Notes under the pieces: model-generated
Database searches by the model: none
What the model saw: the letters and a program-made list of their open reading frames with translations, nothing else
Told to the model about the DNA's origin: nothing
Source: Bryobacterales bacterium
Lineage (GTDB): Bacteria > Acidobacteriota > Terriglobia > Bryobacterales > UBA6623
Assembly: GCA_963422375.2 (NCBI GenBank)
Contig: OY729427.2
Coordinates: forward strand, 416,001-480,000
Reading direction: 5' to 3'
DNA length: 64,000 nt
Made by a program: the position numbers and the translations under genes
Shown here: one piece after another, positions 43,783 to 54,388 of the stretch
Position numbering within the stretch: position 1 is the stretch's first letter
Layout of the letters: each line of letters opens with the position of its first letter

Positions 43783-44488
43783 GCTCATCCGCAGTCTCAA
43801 CGCCGAGTACGTTTCGGCCAAGGTCCTGATCCCGCGCTCGAAAAAGCCGCTGCAGCTAAGGCCGACCGGCCAGTACGACAGCGAGCAATGGGCCGGCGCC
43901 ATGCAGAAATTCGGTCCGGCAGCCCGGGTCGGCGACCTCGTGCAGATCACGGCAGTCAGCTTCGAGGGCAGGAAGCTGGTGATGGAAATCAATTACGGTC
44001 TCGGCGGCGGGCGGCGCTGGTGGCACCGCATCCAAGTCGCCGGGGCGTCGAGCCGGGGCACCACGCTCGGGGCCGGCCAGACCACCCACGCACCGGGCGG
44101 CACCAAGCTGGCCTTGGTGTTCCAGAGTTCGATTCCGGTCAAGAGCGCCGATGAGTTCAAGCAGATGCTCAAGCCCGTGCTGGACTTCGAGCAGCGCAGC
44201 GCGACGCAGCTCTATCTCGACACGATCGACGTCAAGTACCGAGAGGCGATCGAGCGAGAGGAGGTCATCGAGGCCATGGACAAGGAAATGGTGCTTCTCG
44301 CCAAGGGCAAGCCTCGGAAGAAAGTGCGCGACTTCAAGGACGGCATCGAGACCGAGGACTGGATTTACGGAGAGCCGCCAGGCGAGATCCTGTTCGTGAC
44401 ATTCCTCGACGGCAACGTGATCCGCGTCAAGGAGAGCGTCGCGGCGATCGGGGGATGGGTCAAGGAGACCGTTCAGATCGAGCGCTAG
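43544..44488 (+). CDS. secreted hypothetical protein (start uncertain)
   Basis: Signal-like CLVALLALAVTAHA; gene-like body; C-terminal MDKEMVLLAKGKP...EDWIYG. Confidence 0.7.
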   Translation: MAWKAGHWRPAERSCSPQRSGACQARGPRNHRTGRPPKRPRARTGWWRPRSFRACLVALLALAVTAHAKTERLTADQRAELIRSLNAEYVSAKVLIPRSKKPLQLRPTGQYDSEQWAGAMQKFGPAARVGDLVQITAVSFEGRKLVMEINYGLGGGRRWWHRIQVAGASSRGTTLGAGQTTHAPGGTKLALVFQSSIPVKSADEFKQMLKPVLDFEQRSATQLYLDTIDVKYREAIEREEVIEAMDKEMVLLAKGKPRKKVRDFKDGIETEDWIYGEPPGEILFVTFLDGNVIRVKESVAAIGGWVKETVQIER

Positions 44489-45612
44489 GCCCCCGCGGGT
44501 CCGCCGGCTGCGGACCGCTGCCAGCGCCGACCGACCGCGTCGGCCGCCTTGATCGCGTCCCGGACCATGCCTGCGTTCACCGGGAAGGGCTCGTTGTGGA
44601 TCGTCTCGCCCTTCGCCACGGACCGCTCCGCGACGGTCGCTAGAATATCGTCCGCGCAGTCTTGCAAGCCGACCTCGGCCAAGGTGATCGGCAGGCCCAC
44701 GCCTTGCGAGAATGCCAGCACCTCCTCGATCAGGGCCGACGGCTGCCCCTCGAGCACCAGCTGCACCAAGGCTCCGAACGCCACCTTCTCGCCGTGGAAG
44801 TAGGCGTGCGTGCCGTGCGCCACGGTGAGACCGTTATGCACGGAATGCGCCGCGGCCAAGCCGGAGGACTCGAACCCGAGGCCCGAGAGGAGCGTGTTGG
44901 CCTCGACCAAGCGATCCAACGCCGGCGTGACGGAGCGGTTGCGGACCGCGTCCAATGCGTGCGGCCCGTCCTCGACGAGCGTCCGGTAGCACAGCTCCGC
45001 CAGGGCCAGAGCGCTTTGCGTGGAAGCGCCTCCGCGCATGTTGCGCCTGCGCGCCGCCACGGCGGTGCGCGCCTCGAACAGCGTCGCGAGAGCGTCGCCC
45101 ATGCCCGCTACCAGCAGGCGCGGGGGGGCGCAGGCGATCACCGTCGTGTCCACGAGCACGAGCTCCGGGTTGCGACCGTACACCCGGTAGTCAACCACCG
45201 CGCCCTCGTCGCTGTAAATGACGGAGAGCGCTGAACAGGGCGCGTCGCTGGACGCGACGGTGGGGCAGTTCACCACGGGCAGGCCGAGATCCGCGGCGAC
45301 CGCCCGCGCGGTGTCAAGCACCTTGCCGCCGCCGGCACCGACGACGGCGCGCGACCCGGCATGGCGCGCCGCTTGCTTGACGCGCTCGATCTCGCGCTGG
45401 CTGCACTCGCCGGCGAACTGCTCCACGACGTGCTCGAACCCGGCCTCGCCGAAGGTCCGGCGCCAAGTCTCCGCCAGCCTCGCCGCGGCGCTCCGTCCCG
45501 CCAGAACCAAGACGGGCCCCTCGAGGCCGACCCGGTCCATTTCGGCACCGAGCGCCTCGGTCGCGCCCGGGCCTTGGGTGTAACGCGACGGAGAGGAGAA
45601 CACCGACAGCAT
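44485..45612 (-). CDS. gldA: glycerol dehydrogenase
   Basis: SPSRYTQG, GGGKVLD, ASSDAPCSALSVIY, AAHSVHNGL, HGEKVAFG. Confidence 0.93.
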   Translation of the reverse strand: MLSVFSSPSRYTQGPGATEALGAEMDRVGLEGPVLVLAGRSAAARLAETWRRTFGEAGFEHVVEQFAGECSQREIERVKQAARHAGSRAVVGAGGGKVLDTARAVAADLGLPVVNCPTVASSDAPCSALSVIYSDEGAVVDYRVYGRNPELVLVDTTVIACAPPRLLVAGMGDALATLFEARTAVAARRRNMRGGASTQSALALAELCYRTLVEDGPHALDAVRNRSVTPALDRLVEANTLLSGLGFESSGLAAAHSVHNGLTVAHGTHAYFHGEKVAFGALVQLVLEGQPSALIEEVLAFSQGVGLPITLAEVGLQDCADDILATVAERSVAKGETIHNEPFPVNAGMVRDAIKAADAVGRRWQRSAAGGPAGA

Positions 45613-45859
45613 GATTGGAATTGTAGTGCCGCGCCGGCGTTGTCCGAATCGTCACAAGACCCCTGCCGGCGGAGCTGCGCACGTGGCGGCCGTCCGAAAC
45701 CGGGCCGCTCGCCTCAGCTCGCGGGCAGGAGACGTCGGATGATGTGGGGATGCAGTCCCGCCACGCGACCCCAGCGCCCCGCGTCCCGCTCGCACGAAGC
45801 GCGCCGGCCCTGCTCTGCTCCCTCGCCGCGGGCACGGGCTGATTCGGCGAGACCGCAGT

Positions 45860-46720
45860 CGACAAGCCCAACTTCGTCGTGGTCTTCATCGACGACCTTG
45901 GCTACGGCGACATCGGACCCTTCGGTTCCGACAATCCCACGCCCAACCTCGACCGCATGGCGGCCGTGGGCAGGAAGCTCACTTCGTTCTACTCCGCCTC
46001 GCCAGTCTGCACGCCGTCGCGGGCCGCTCGCTTGACGGGGCCTATCCGAATCCTGGGCGGCTCTGGTCGAGGCCCGGACCCGCGCGCAGATCGAGGAGGT
46101 CGCCTGGAGCGTGGGGAGCGCGCTGGGGACGCTTCGCGAGCTCGGCCTCGCCGAGAGCACGCTCGTAGTCTTCACGTCCGACAACGGCGGCTCGTTCGGC
46201 AGCCGCAACGCGCCGCTTCGGGGCAGGAAGGGCACCACGTGGGAAGGGGGCATGCGCGAGCCCACCGTGGCGTGGTGGCCCGGGACGGTGCCTGCGGGGA
46301 CCGCCAGCGACGAGGTCGCGACAACGATGGACCTGCTGCCGACCTTCGCCAGGCTGGCCGGCGGCGACCCGCCGGAGGGCCGGACTATCGATGGCCGCGA
46401 CATCGCCGACCTGCTCTTAGGCGGTCCTGACGCCCGGTCTCCCCACAAGGCCTTCTTCTACTACCGACAGCACTCCCTGCGGGCCGTCCGCTCCGGCAGG
46501 TGGAAGCTGACACGGCCGGAGGGCCATCTCTACGACCTGGACAGCGACGGGAGCGAGACTACGGACGTAGCCTCGACGCATCCTGCGGTGGTTGAGCGCC
46601 TCGCGAAGTACCTTGACGGCGCAGCGGCCGACCTCGGCGACGGCCGGGACAGTTATCCCCGCTGCCGTCCTCCGGGCTCGCTCGAGGAGCCCCGCACGCT
46701 GCTGCCGCGCAGGAATGCCG
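45860..46720 (+). pseudogene. sulfatase with large internal deletion and frameshifts
   Basis: [15 protein letters not shown] and CTPSR, then jumps in another frame to [22 protein letters not shown]; central region absent. Confidence 0.82.
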
Positions 46721-46808
46721 ATCGATCGCAGGACGGTGCGCGGAGGGCGGGACGGCTGGCTTGCGCGCGCGAGGACCGCTGCGGGCACGCCGAACCGAGG
46801 ACGAGGCC

Positions 46809-46837
46809 TTGCACCGGTAACCCTGCGGTGCTAGAAT
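46809..46837 (+). promoter_or_regulatory. sigma70-type promoter of tRNA-Gly
   Basis: TTGCAC-N17-TAGAAT, 7 nt before the tRNA. Confidence 0.7.
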
Positions 46838-46844
46838 CACCCTT

Positions 46845-46919
46845 GCGGGAGTAGTTCAGAGGTAGAACGTCAGCTTCCCAAGCTGAATGTCGCGGGTTCA
46901 ATTCCCGTCTCCCGCTCCA
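46845..46919 (+). tRNA. tRNA-Gly (CCC)
   Basis: Cloverleaf GCGGGAG/CTCCCGC, anticodon arm TCAGC-TTCCCAA-GCTGA, GGTTCAA T-loop, encoded CCA. Confidence 0.97.
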
Positions 46920-47127
46920 CCTCCCTCCGCCAGCGCGATCGGCGCAGCCCGTCGGCATAGGTCCGACGGCGGCAGGTTCCCGCGACCCGGCTCTTAGGGA
47001 GCCCTCCCCTCGGCAGCCCCACCGCGCCGCCTCCGGCAGCGAAGCCTGCGGACAGCGAGCCCCTACTCTCCCAGCGCGCGCGAGCCGGGTTGCCATGCGG
47101 GCGGCGATACGCCAAACTCATGGAGCG

Positions 47128-48405
47128 ATGCAGCGACGGACGTTTCTCGGCCAAGCCGGTCTGGGAGCAGCGGCCGCAGCGGCTGCTCCGCTCTCCCCGG
47201 ACCCCATGGGAGACCGGCCCGCTCTCAAGATCACCGACGTCCAGACGTTCCTCGTCGGCACGACGCCTCGGTCCGATCCTGCGGGCGTGACCGGAACCAT
47301 CGGGGGCCGCAACTGGGTCTACGTGAAGGTCCGCACGGACCAAGGCATCGACGGCATCGGAGAGGCGTACTCGGTCGGCCCGGACGAAGCCACCGCGAAG
47401 GTGGTGGAAGACTACAAGTCCTGGCTCATCGGGCAGGACCCGCGCAACATCCAGCACCTGTGGGATCTGATGTACAACACCACGCGGTTCCCGGGCGGCT
47501 CCGTTGTCAACGCCGCGATGAGCGGCATCGAGCACGCCCTCTGGGACATCGCCGCCAAGGCCGTGGGCCTCCCCGTGTGGGCCCTGCTCGGAGGGCGGGT
47601 CCGGGAGAAGGTGCGCGTCTACCAGTCCATCGGCGGCGCGAATGCGTCGGATGCGGCCGCCAGCGCTCGGAGGCTGGTCGAGGAGTTCGGCTACACCGCT
47701 CTCAAGATGTCCCCGCACGACCGCGGGGACCTGTCGATGCCATACAATCGGGTCACGCGCATCGCCGGGCAGCGGGTCCAGGCCGTGCGCGAGGCCGTCG
47801 GCCCGGACGTCGACATCGCCGTGGACATTCACGCGCGCTACCGGGAGGTGCAGCGCGCCATTCGGGTCGCACGCGAGATCGAGCCCTACATGCCCTTCTG
47901 GCTCGAGGAGCCGCTGCGCCCGGAGAACCCGGACGCGATGAAGAAGCTGGCCGATCACGTCAGCATCCCTCTGGCCAGCGGCGAGTGCAACTACACGAAG
48001 TTCGAGTTCCGCGACCTGATCAACATCCAAGCGCTCGACATCGTCCAGCCGGACATCTGCGTGTGCGGCGGCATCATGGAAATGAAGAAGATTGCCGCTA
48101 TGGCCGAGGCCCAGTACATGGTGGTGGCCCCGCACAACCCGATGAGCCCGCTGGCCACCGCCGTGAACGTGCATTTCGCCGCGTCGACTCCCAACTTCCT
48201 CGTGCTCGAGTATCGGGCCCCGGTGAGCGGAGCGCACAAGGACGTGCTCAAGAATCCGCTGATGGTGCAGGACGGCTACGTCGAAATACCCAACGCGCCG
48301 GGCTGGGGCGTCGAACTCAACGAGGAGGCCTTCGAGCACTACCCCGCCCGGCCGTGGAAGCGCGGCACGGGATTCCGCGAGGACGGCGCGGTCGCGTTCA
48401 TCTGA
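47128..48405 (+). CDS. mandelate racemase/galactonate dehydratase-family enolase with Tat-like signal
   Basis: QRRTFL; IEHALWDI, VDIH, WLEEP, SGE, QPD, PHNP. Confidence 0.88.
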   Translation: MQRRTFLGQAGLGAAAAAAAPLSPDPMGDRPALKITDVQTFLVGTTPRSDPAGVTGTIGGRNWVYVKVRTDQGIDGIGEAYSVGPDEATAKVVEDYKSWLIGQDPRNIQHLWDLMYNTTRFPGGSVVNAAMSGIEHALWDIAAKAVGLPVWALLGGRVREKVRVYQSIGGANASDAAASARRLVEEFGYTALKMSPHDRGDLSMPYNRVTRIAGQRVQAVREAVGPDVDIAVDIHARYREVQRAIRVAREIEPYMPFWLEEPLRPENPDAMKKLADHVSIPLASGECNYTKFEFRDLINIQALDIVQPDICVCGGIMEMKKIAAMAEAQYMVVAPHNPMSPLATAVNVHFAASTPNFLVLEYRAPVSGAHKDVLKNPLMVQDGYVEIPNAPGWGVELNEEAFEHYPARPWKRGTGFREDGAVAFI

Positions 48406-48490
48406 GGAAGCACCTAGGGAATCCCGCCCGGCCGGGACGAATAAGATGGAAGCTGGTCGGCATGCCGCCAGGACGGCGCGCTGCGTGCTC

Positions 48491-51400
48491 ATGCCAATCC
48501 CCTTCCCTGAGTCGCGGAGGCTCCGCTGGCTATGCGGCCTGGCCCTCGCCGCCGCGGCGGCGGCTCTCTACATCGGCACGCAGCCCCGGATCCTGTTCCT
48601 GGGCTTCCCGAGCATGTACCGCCTGCTGCTCGCCGAGAGCTCCCAGCTCAGCGGGGTGGACTACGCGTACTGGAGCCCGGAAAGGCTCGACGACCTGCGC
48701 CTCGGCGAGCCGGACTTCAGCCGCTACAAGGCGGTCTTCGTCAGCGGACGGCGCTCGGACCCTCTCAGCCGCCCGGTGCGCCGGGCCCTCCGCGAGGCGG
48801 GCGAGCGCGGCACGCGGGTCATCGTCCTGCCCGCGCACGACGCGGCGCGCCTGGGGGTGGGGAACGCGGATTTCGCAGGGGAGGACCGCTGGCTGGACGA
48901 GTACTGGCGGTACGGCGGCGTCACGAACATGGCCCGGCTCCTGCAGACCGCCGCGGCGCGCTACCTAGGGCGCGATCTCGAAGAGCTGCCGCCCGAGCCG
49001 GCGCCCGACGACGGCTACTACCACCCGGACTCGTCCGGCCTTTTCACCACGACCGCGGAATACGAGCGCTGGTACGAGGAGTCCGGCCGCTTCAGGCCGG
49101 GAGCGCCCAAGGTGCTTATCGACTTCGCCGACGGCTGGAGGCTCGGGATGACCCAAGGCACCGAAGCGGTCATCCGCGCCTTCGAGCGGGGCGGCTTCAA
49201 TGCCGCCTCGATCTTCGGCACGGCGCAGACTGCCCCGTTCGCTCTGGAATACCGCCCCAGCGTCATCGTCTCCCGAAAGCACGGCCGCTGGTGGCTCGGC
49301 GAGCAGGGCGTCGACGTGCTGGAGGAGAGGATCGACGTGCCGCTGCTGCGGGGTCTGTCGCTGCTCTTCACCGGGGAGTCGTTCCGGAACTACCAGCGGA
49401 CCCGCGCCGGGATTCGCGACGCCGGCCTGATCATGGGCGCGATGGTGCCCGAGCTAGACGGCGCCATCCAGCCCACGCTGATCGAGGGCCTTGACTCTGT
49501 CTGGTACGGGCGGCGCTACGAAGCCTTCCGCGACGAGCGCATAGGCCTCCTCGTCGACCGCGCCAAGCGCTGGGTGCGTCTGCGGGAGGCGTCGAACGCG
49601 GACAAGCGCGTGGCGATCGTCTACGTCGCGGGAATCGGCAAGGGGCGGATCACCGCGGCCGGGCTCAACGTCCCGCGCAGTCTGATCGGCTTCGTGGCGG
49701 CCATGAAAGCGGCGGGATACTCGTTCGACCGCCTTCCGGAGGACGAGGACGCGCTGCTCGAGGAGATGCTCGCCAAGGGCCGCAACGTCAGCCTGGGACG
49801 GCCCCGCGACCTGCGAACGCTCTCCCGGACGGAAGGCGTGCTGCGGCTTCCGGCGGCGGGCTACGAGCGCTGGTTCGCGGACCTGCCGGAGCCGATGCGC
49901 AAGGAAGTCACCGACGCGTTCGGGCCGCCGCCGGGCGACCTGATGGTCGTGGAGGACGGCGGGCAGCCGGCCTTCGTGGTGCCGAAGCTGGACTACGGCA
50001 ACGTGATAGTCCTGCCCCAGCCGGTCCGCGGCTCGCGCATGGACGCCAAGCTGCAGCACGACGACCGGGTGCCCCCTCCCCACCAGTACCTGGCGGTCTA
50101 CTGGTGGCTGCGAGAAGTCTGGAAGGCGGACGCGATAATCAACTACGGCACCCACGGTACGCACGAGTTCCTGCCCGGTCGGCCGCTGGGCCAGCTGGCC
50201 GACGACTGGTCCGACCGGATCCTCGGCCCGGTCCCCAGCCTCTACGTGTACGTGATGGACAACGTGGGGGAGGCCCTGATCGCGAAGCGCCGGGGCGCGG
50301 CGGTCACCGTGAGCCACCTGATCCCGCCGGTCGATTCCGCGGGAATCGTGGGCGAGCAGCCGCAGGTCGCCGACCTGTACCGTCTGACGCAGCAGTTCCG
50401 GTCCGCCCGCAACGGGGCGCTGAAGGAAGGGATCCGCCAGCGGATCCGCTCCTCCGGATCCGCTCAAGGGTTCGACCGGGACATCGGGGCCGACTGGACC
50501 ACGAGCGCCCCCACAGACGCGGAAGTGGGGCGCCTGGGCCGACACATCCACCTCACGGATCGGGACCGGATCCCGGTCGGCCTGCACGTGCACGGGAAGA
50601 CCGCCCGGCCCGGTGACCTGGCTCCCATGGTGGCGGCGATGATGGGAGAGGCCTTCGTCGCGAGCTTCGGGTGCTCCGACGCCTCCGACACCCGGGGCTG
50701 CGCGGCCGAGGCGCGCGAGCGCGCCGAGAGCGCCGTGCGGCGCGCCCTGGCAGGCGGCGAGCGGCCCGCCGCAATGCGGCCCGTCGCCGCCGAGTTCGAA
50801 AGGATCCGCGACGCCTTCTCGCACGCGCCGGACGAAGTGGCCCACGCGCTCGACGCGCTGGCCGGGCGCTACGTGCCGCCCGGCGGGGGCGGCGACCCCT
50901 TGCGCAATCCGGGCGCCCTCCCCACAGGACGCAATCTCCACGGCATCAACCCGGCCGAGGTGCCGACCAAGGCCGCCTGGGAACTGGGCGTCCGCATGGC
51001 GGAGCAGCAGCTGGCGGCGGAGCGCGCCCGGCTGGGCCGCTGGCCGCGCAAGATCGGCTTCACCCTCTGGAACACGGAAGTGATCCGTCAGCACGGCACC
51101 GACCTGGCGCACGCGATGCACGTGATGGGCGTGCGGCCGGTCTGGGACCACCGCAACGTGGTGGAGGACGTCGAGCTCGTCCCGGCGGTCGAGCTCGGCC
51201 GCCCGCGCGTCGATGTCGTGATCCAAGCCGCGTCGCTCTTCCGCGACACGTTCCCGGACCGCATGAAGCTGCTGGACAGGGCCGCCCGGCTGGCCGCGAG
51301 CGCCACGGATGGCGAGAACTACCTTGCCGAGCACGCCGCCGAGGCCGAGCGCGAGCTGAAACGCTCCGGAGTGGCCGCCAAGGACGCGCGCCTGCTGGCC

Positions 51401-52390
51401 GGAGCCCGCGTCTTCAGCAACTCGGCCGGGGGATACGGAACCGGACTGGTCGATTCGATCGAGCGGAGCGGCAGCTACTCCTCGTCCGAGGGCCTGACCG
51501 AAGCCTATCTGGCGAGGACGGGGGCCGTGTACACGGAAGGGTTCGAATGGGGCCGACCCGTGCCGGAAGCGTACCGCGCCCAGCTGCGGCGCACCGACGC
51601 GGTCACGCTGAGCCGGTCGACCAACGTGGTCGGGGCGCTCACGCTGGACCACTACTTCGAGTACCTCGGCGGGATGACCATGGCGGTGCGCGACGCGACC
51701 GGGATCGCGCCCGAGACGTACCTAGCCGACGTCCGCGATCCGCAGGCGCCGCGCATGGAGACGGCGCGCGAGTCCCTCGCGCGCGGCCTGCGCGGCAAGT
51801 TCTGGAACCCCAAGTGGATTCGGGAGCTGCAGGCCGAGGGGTTCTCCGGAGCGGTCGAGATCGCCCAGACCGCGACGAACCTGTTCGGCTGGCAGGTGAC
51901 CAAGCCGGCCGCGGTCGGCACGGAAGTGTGGGACCGCGTGCATGCGGTGTACGTGACCGACACGCTGGGGCTGGGCGTGCCGCAGTGGCTGGACGACGCC
52001 AACCCCTTCGCCTCCCAGGAGGTGCTGGCCGTGCTGCTGGAAGCTGCGCGGAAGGGCTTCTGGGAAGCCGACCGGGGCGACCTCGAGCACCTGGCGCTGT
52101 CTTACGCGGACTCGCTAGACCGGCACGGCGCGTCCGGCAGCGTCCGCACGACCGGCAACCGGCCGTTCGAAGACTTCGTCGAGGCTCGGGTCGCGGCGTC
52201 GGCGCGCCCTGAGCTGGTCGCATCGCTTCGTGACGAGCTGCGCGACGGCAGCATTCCGCAGGTTGAAGGGCGGCGTCTGGTGAGGCACGAGCCGGCGGCG
52301 GCTTCCGGCCCGGTCGGCCCGGCCGCGGCCACAGCGATTCTCGGCGCGCTGGCCGGCGTGTTCCTCCTAGGCTGGCGGCGGATTCGCTAG
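48491..52390 (+). CDS. CobN/magnesium chelatase H-like protein with N- and C-terminal TM helices
   Basis: PPHQYLA, GTHGTHEFLPG, NVGEALIAKRR, LPTGRN, LGRPRVDV, DHYFEYLGG, WNPKWI. Confidence 0.88.
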   Translation: MPIPFPESRRLRWLCGLALAAAAAALYIGTQPRILFLGFPSMYRLLLAESSQLSGVDYAYWSPERLDDLRLGEPDFSRYKAVFVSGRRSDPLSRPVRRALREAGERGTRVIVLPAHDAARLGVGNADFAGEDRWLDEYWRYGGVTNMARLLQTAAARYLGRDLEELPPEPAPDDGYYHPDSSGLFTTTAEYERWYEESGRFRPGAPKVLIDFADGWRLGMTQGTEAVIRAFERGGFNAASIFGTAQTAPFALEYRPSVIVSRKHGRWWLGEQGVDVLEERIDVPLLRGLSLLFTGESFRNYQRTRAGIRDAGLIMGAMVPELDGAIQPTLIEGLDSVWYGRRYEAFRDERIGLLVDRAKRWVRLREASNADKRVAIVYVAGIGKGRITAAGLNVPRSLIGFVAAMKAAGYSFDRLPEDEDALLEEMLAKGRNVSLGRPRDLRTLSRTEGVLRLPAAGYERWFADLPEPMRKEVTDAFGPPPGDLMVVEDGGQPAFVVPKLDYGNVIVLPQPVRGSRMDAKLQHDDRVPPPHQYLAVYWWLREVWKADAIINYGTHGTHEFLPGRPLGQLADDWSDRILGPVPSLYVYVMDNVGEALIAKRRGAAVTVSHLIPPVDSAGIVGEQPQVADLYRLTQQFRSARNGALKEGIRQRIRSSGSAQGFDRDIGADWTTSAPTDAEVGRLGRHIHLTDRDRIPVGLHVHGKTARPGDLAPMVAAMMGEAFVASFGCSDASDTRGCAAEARERAESAVRRALAGGERPAAMRPVAAEFERIRDAFSHAPDEVAHALDALAGRYVPPGGGGDPLRNPGALPTGRNLHGINPAEVPTKAAWELGVRMAEQQLAAERARLGRWPRKIGFTLWNTEVIRQHGTDLAHAMHVMGVRPVWDHRNVVEDVELVPAVELGRPRVDVVIQAASLFRDTFPDRMKLLDRAARLAASATDGENYLAEHAAEAERELKRSGVAAKDARLLAGARVFSNSAGGYGTGLVDSIERSGSYSSSEGLTEAYLARTGAVYTEGFEWGRPVPEAYRAQLRRTDAVTLSRSTNVVGALTLDHYFEYLGGMTMAVRDATGIAPETYLADVRDPQAPRMETARESLARGLRGKFWNPKWIRELQAEGFSGAVEIAQTATNLFGWQVTKPAAVGTEVWDRVHAVYVTDTLGLGVPQWLDDANPFASQEVLAVLLEAARKGFWEADRGDLEHLALSYADSLDRHGASGSVRTTGNRPFEDFVEARVAASARPELVASLRDELRDGSIPQVEGRRLVRHEPAAASGPVGPAAATAILGALAGVFLLGWRRIR

Positions 52391-52500
52391 GCGGTCGGAG
52401 CGGCCGCCAGGCCCGTTGCTATACTGCGTTCACCGGCGGTCCATCCGCAAGCCGGCCGGGCAACCGCGACGCCGGCGTCGCGGCGATTGAGGCGGCCCGA

Positions 52501-53862
52501 GTGCTCAAGACGTTCTACATCGAGACCTTCGGCTGTCAGATGAACGTCCACGACAGCGAGAAGGTCCGCGGCCTGCTGGAGGACCGCGGCTACCGGAGGG
52601 TCCGCTCGCCCGACGAGGCGGGAATGGTGCTCTACAACACCTGCAGCATCCGCGACAAGGCGGAGCAGAAGGTGCTCTCGCGGCTGGGCGGACTGAAGCG
52701 GCGGAGCGCGGGCAAGACGATCGGGGTGCTGGGCTGCGTGGCGCAGCACAGCGGCGAGGCCGTCTTCGAGCAGGCCCCGCACGTCGATTTCGTGTGCGGG
52801 TCGGCCAGCTACAACGCCCTGCCGGCGATCCTCGACCGCGTCGAGGCCGGCGAGGCCCGCGTGACGGGCTTGGATCTGGATACCGACGAGACGTTCGACG
52901 TCCCGCGCGTCGAGCGAGACCGTCCCTTCAGCGCGTACATCACGATCATCGAGGGCTGCGACCGGAATTGCACCTACTGCGTCGTGCCCTTCACGCGCGG
53001 CCCTGAGCGGAGCCGAGACAGCGCGGCAGTCATGCGCGAGGCGCGCGACCTCGCCACCCGGGGCTACACCGAGATCACGCTGCTCGGCCAGACGGTGAAC
53101 AGCTACCGCGACCCCTCGCCGACGGGCTGGAGCTTCGCCCGGCTGCTCGAGGAGATCGCCGGCCTGGCGGATGTCCGGCGCGTCCGCTTCACCACTTCGC
53201 ACCCGTCGGACTTCGCGCCCGACATCGTCGAGGCGATCGACCGCAACGACGCACTGTGCGGCTCGGTCCACCTGCCGGTCCAGTCCGGCTCGACCAAGGT
53301 GCTGCGCGACATGCGCCGGACCTACAGCCGCGACCAGTACATGCGCTGCGTGGACGTCCTCAGGGGCGCCGATCGCGCGATCGAGCTGAGCACGGACATC
53401 ATCGTGGGCTTCCCGGGCGAGACTGAGGCGGACTTCAGGCAGACGCTGTCCCTGCTCGAGGCCGTCGAATTCAGCTCGGTCTTCTCGTTCAAGTACTCTC
53501 CCCGGCGGGGCACGCCCGCCGCCGAGATGGCCCAGATCCCGGACGAGGAGAAGGGCCTCCGGCTGAGCGAGCTGCAGGAGCGCCAGCGGCGCATCCAGCT
53601 GCGGCGCAACGCAAGCCTCGTCGGGAAGCGCGAGGAGGTGCTCGTGGAAGGACGCAAGGAGAAGTTCCGCCAGTGGGTGGGGCGGACCACGCAGAACCGC
53701 GTCCTCAACTTCACCGATCCGTCGGTGCTGGCCGACAGCCGCGACCTTCGCGGCAGCTACTGCCAAGTCCTGGTCACGGCGTCGGGGCCCAACTCCCTGG
53801 TCGGCGAGCTGGCCTCCGCCGAGACCGAGCCCGCATTCCGCGGGCTGCGCGTGCTGAACTGA
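52501..53862 (+). CDS. miaB: tRNA methylthiotransferase MiaB
   Basis: TFGCQMNVHDSE, NTCSIR, CDRNCTYC, TRAM domain. Confidence 0.96.
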   Translation: MLKTFYIETFGCQMNVHDSEKVRGLLEDRGYRRVRSPDEAGMVLYNTCSIRDKAEQKVLSRLGGLKRRSAGKTIGVLGCVAQHSGEAVFEQAPHVDFVCGSASYNALPAILDRVEAGEARVTGLDLDTDETFDVPRVERDRPFSAYITIIEGCDRNCTYCVVPFTRGPERSRDSAAVMREARDLATRGYTEITLLGQTVNSYRDPSPTGWSFARLLEEIAGLADVRRVRFTTSHPSDFAPDIVEAIDRNDALCGSVHLPVQSGSTKVLRDMRRTYSRDQYMRCVDVLRGADRAIELSTDIIVGFPGETEADFRQTLSLLEAVEFSSVFSFKYSPRRGTPAAEMAQIPDEEKGLRLSELQERQRRIQLRRNASLVGKREEVLVEGRKEKFRQWVGRTTQNRVLNFTDPSVLADSRDLRGSYCQVLVTASGPNSLVGELASAETEPAFRGLRVLN

Positions 53863-53873
53863 AGGAGGCAACG

Positions 53874-54362
53874 ATGGCGGAAGTCGAGATGAGAATCTGC
53901 GGTCTCATGATGGACCCGATCACGAACATGCCCATCGTGGTCCTCAAGGACGCAGCCAACAAGACGGTCCTGCCGATCTGGATCGGCGTGTACGAGGCGA
54001 ACGCGATCGCCCTCGAGATCGAGAAGGTGTCCACGCCGCGACCCATGACGCACGACCTGTTCCGCAACCTGCTGGTCGGCTGCGACGCGTGGATCCGGCG
54101 CGTGGTGGTGAGCGAGCTCAAGGACGACACGTTCTTCGCGGTCCTGTGGATCGAGCGCGAAGGGCAGCTGATGTCGATCGACTGCCGCCCGAGCGACGCG
54201 CTGGCACTGGCCCTGCGCCTCGACTGCCCGATCTACGTGAACGAGCAGGTCATCGCGTCGTCGAAGCTCTCGCCCTCGCTCAGCGACAAGACCAACAGCG
54301 AGGAACTGCGCAAGTGGCTCGAGAACCTCGGCGAGGAGGATCTCGGCCAGTACAAGATGTAG
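53874..54362 (+). CDS. bifunctional nuclease family protein (DUF151)
   Basis: LPIWIG..EA, RPMTHDL, DCRPSDALALA; AAGGAGG RBS. Confidence 0.92.
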   Translation: MAEVEMRICGLMMDPITNMPIVVLKDAANKTVLPIWIGVYEANAIALEIEKVSTPRPMTHDLFRNLLVGCDAWIRRVVVSELKDDTFFAVLWIEREGQLMSIDCRPSDALALALRLDCPIYVNEQVIASSKLSPSLSDKTNSEELRKWLENLGEEDLGQYKM

Positions 54363-54388
54363 GGCGGCCGCGACGTCGCCGGTCCCGG

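Noticed and set aside
46845..46919. tRNA as an integration site of an island
   Set aside because: No integrase and no duplicated tRNA 3' end found in the window.
49454..51652. Long antisense and alternate-frame ORFs (also 3705-5081, 34316-36286, 46870-48492, 52387-53871 and others)
   Set aside because: Shadow ORFs of real genes, expected in high-GC DNA; Arg/Ala/Pro-rich or lacking motifs.
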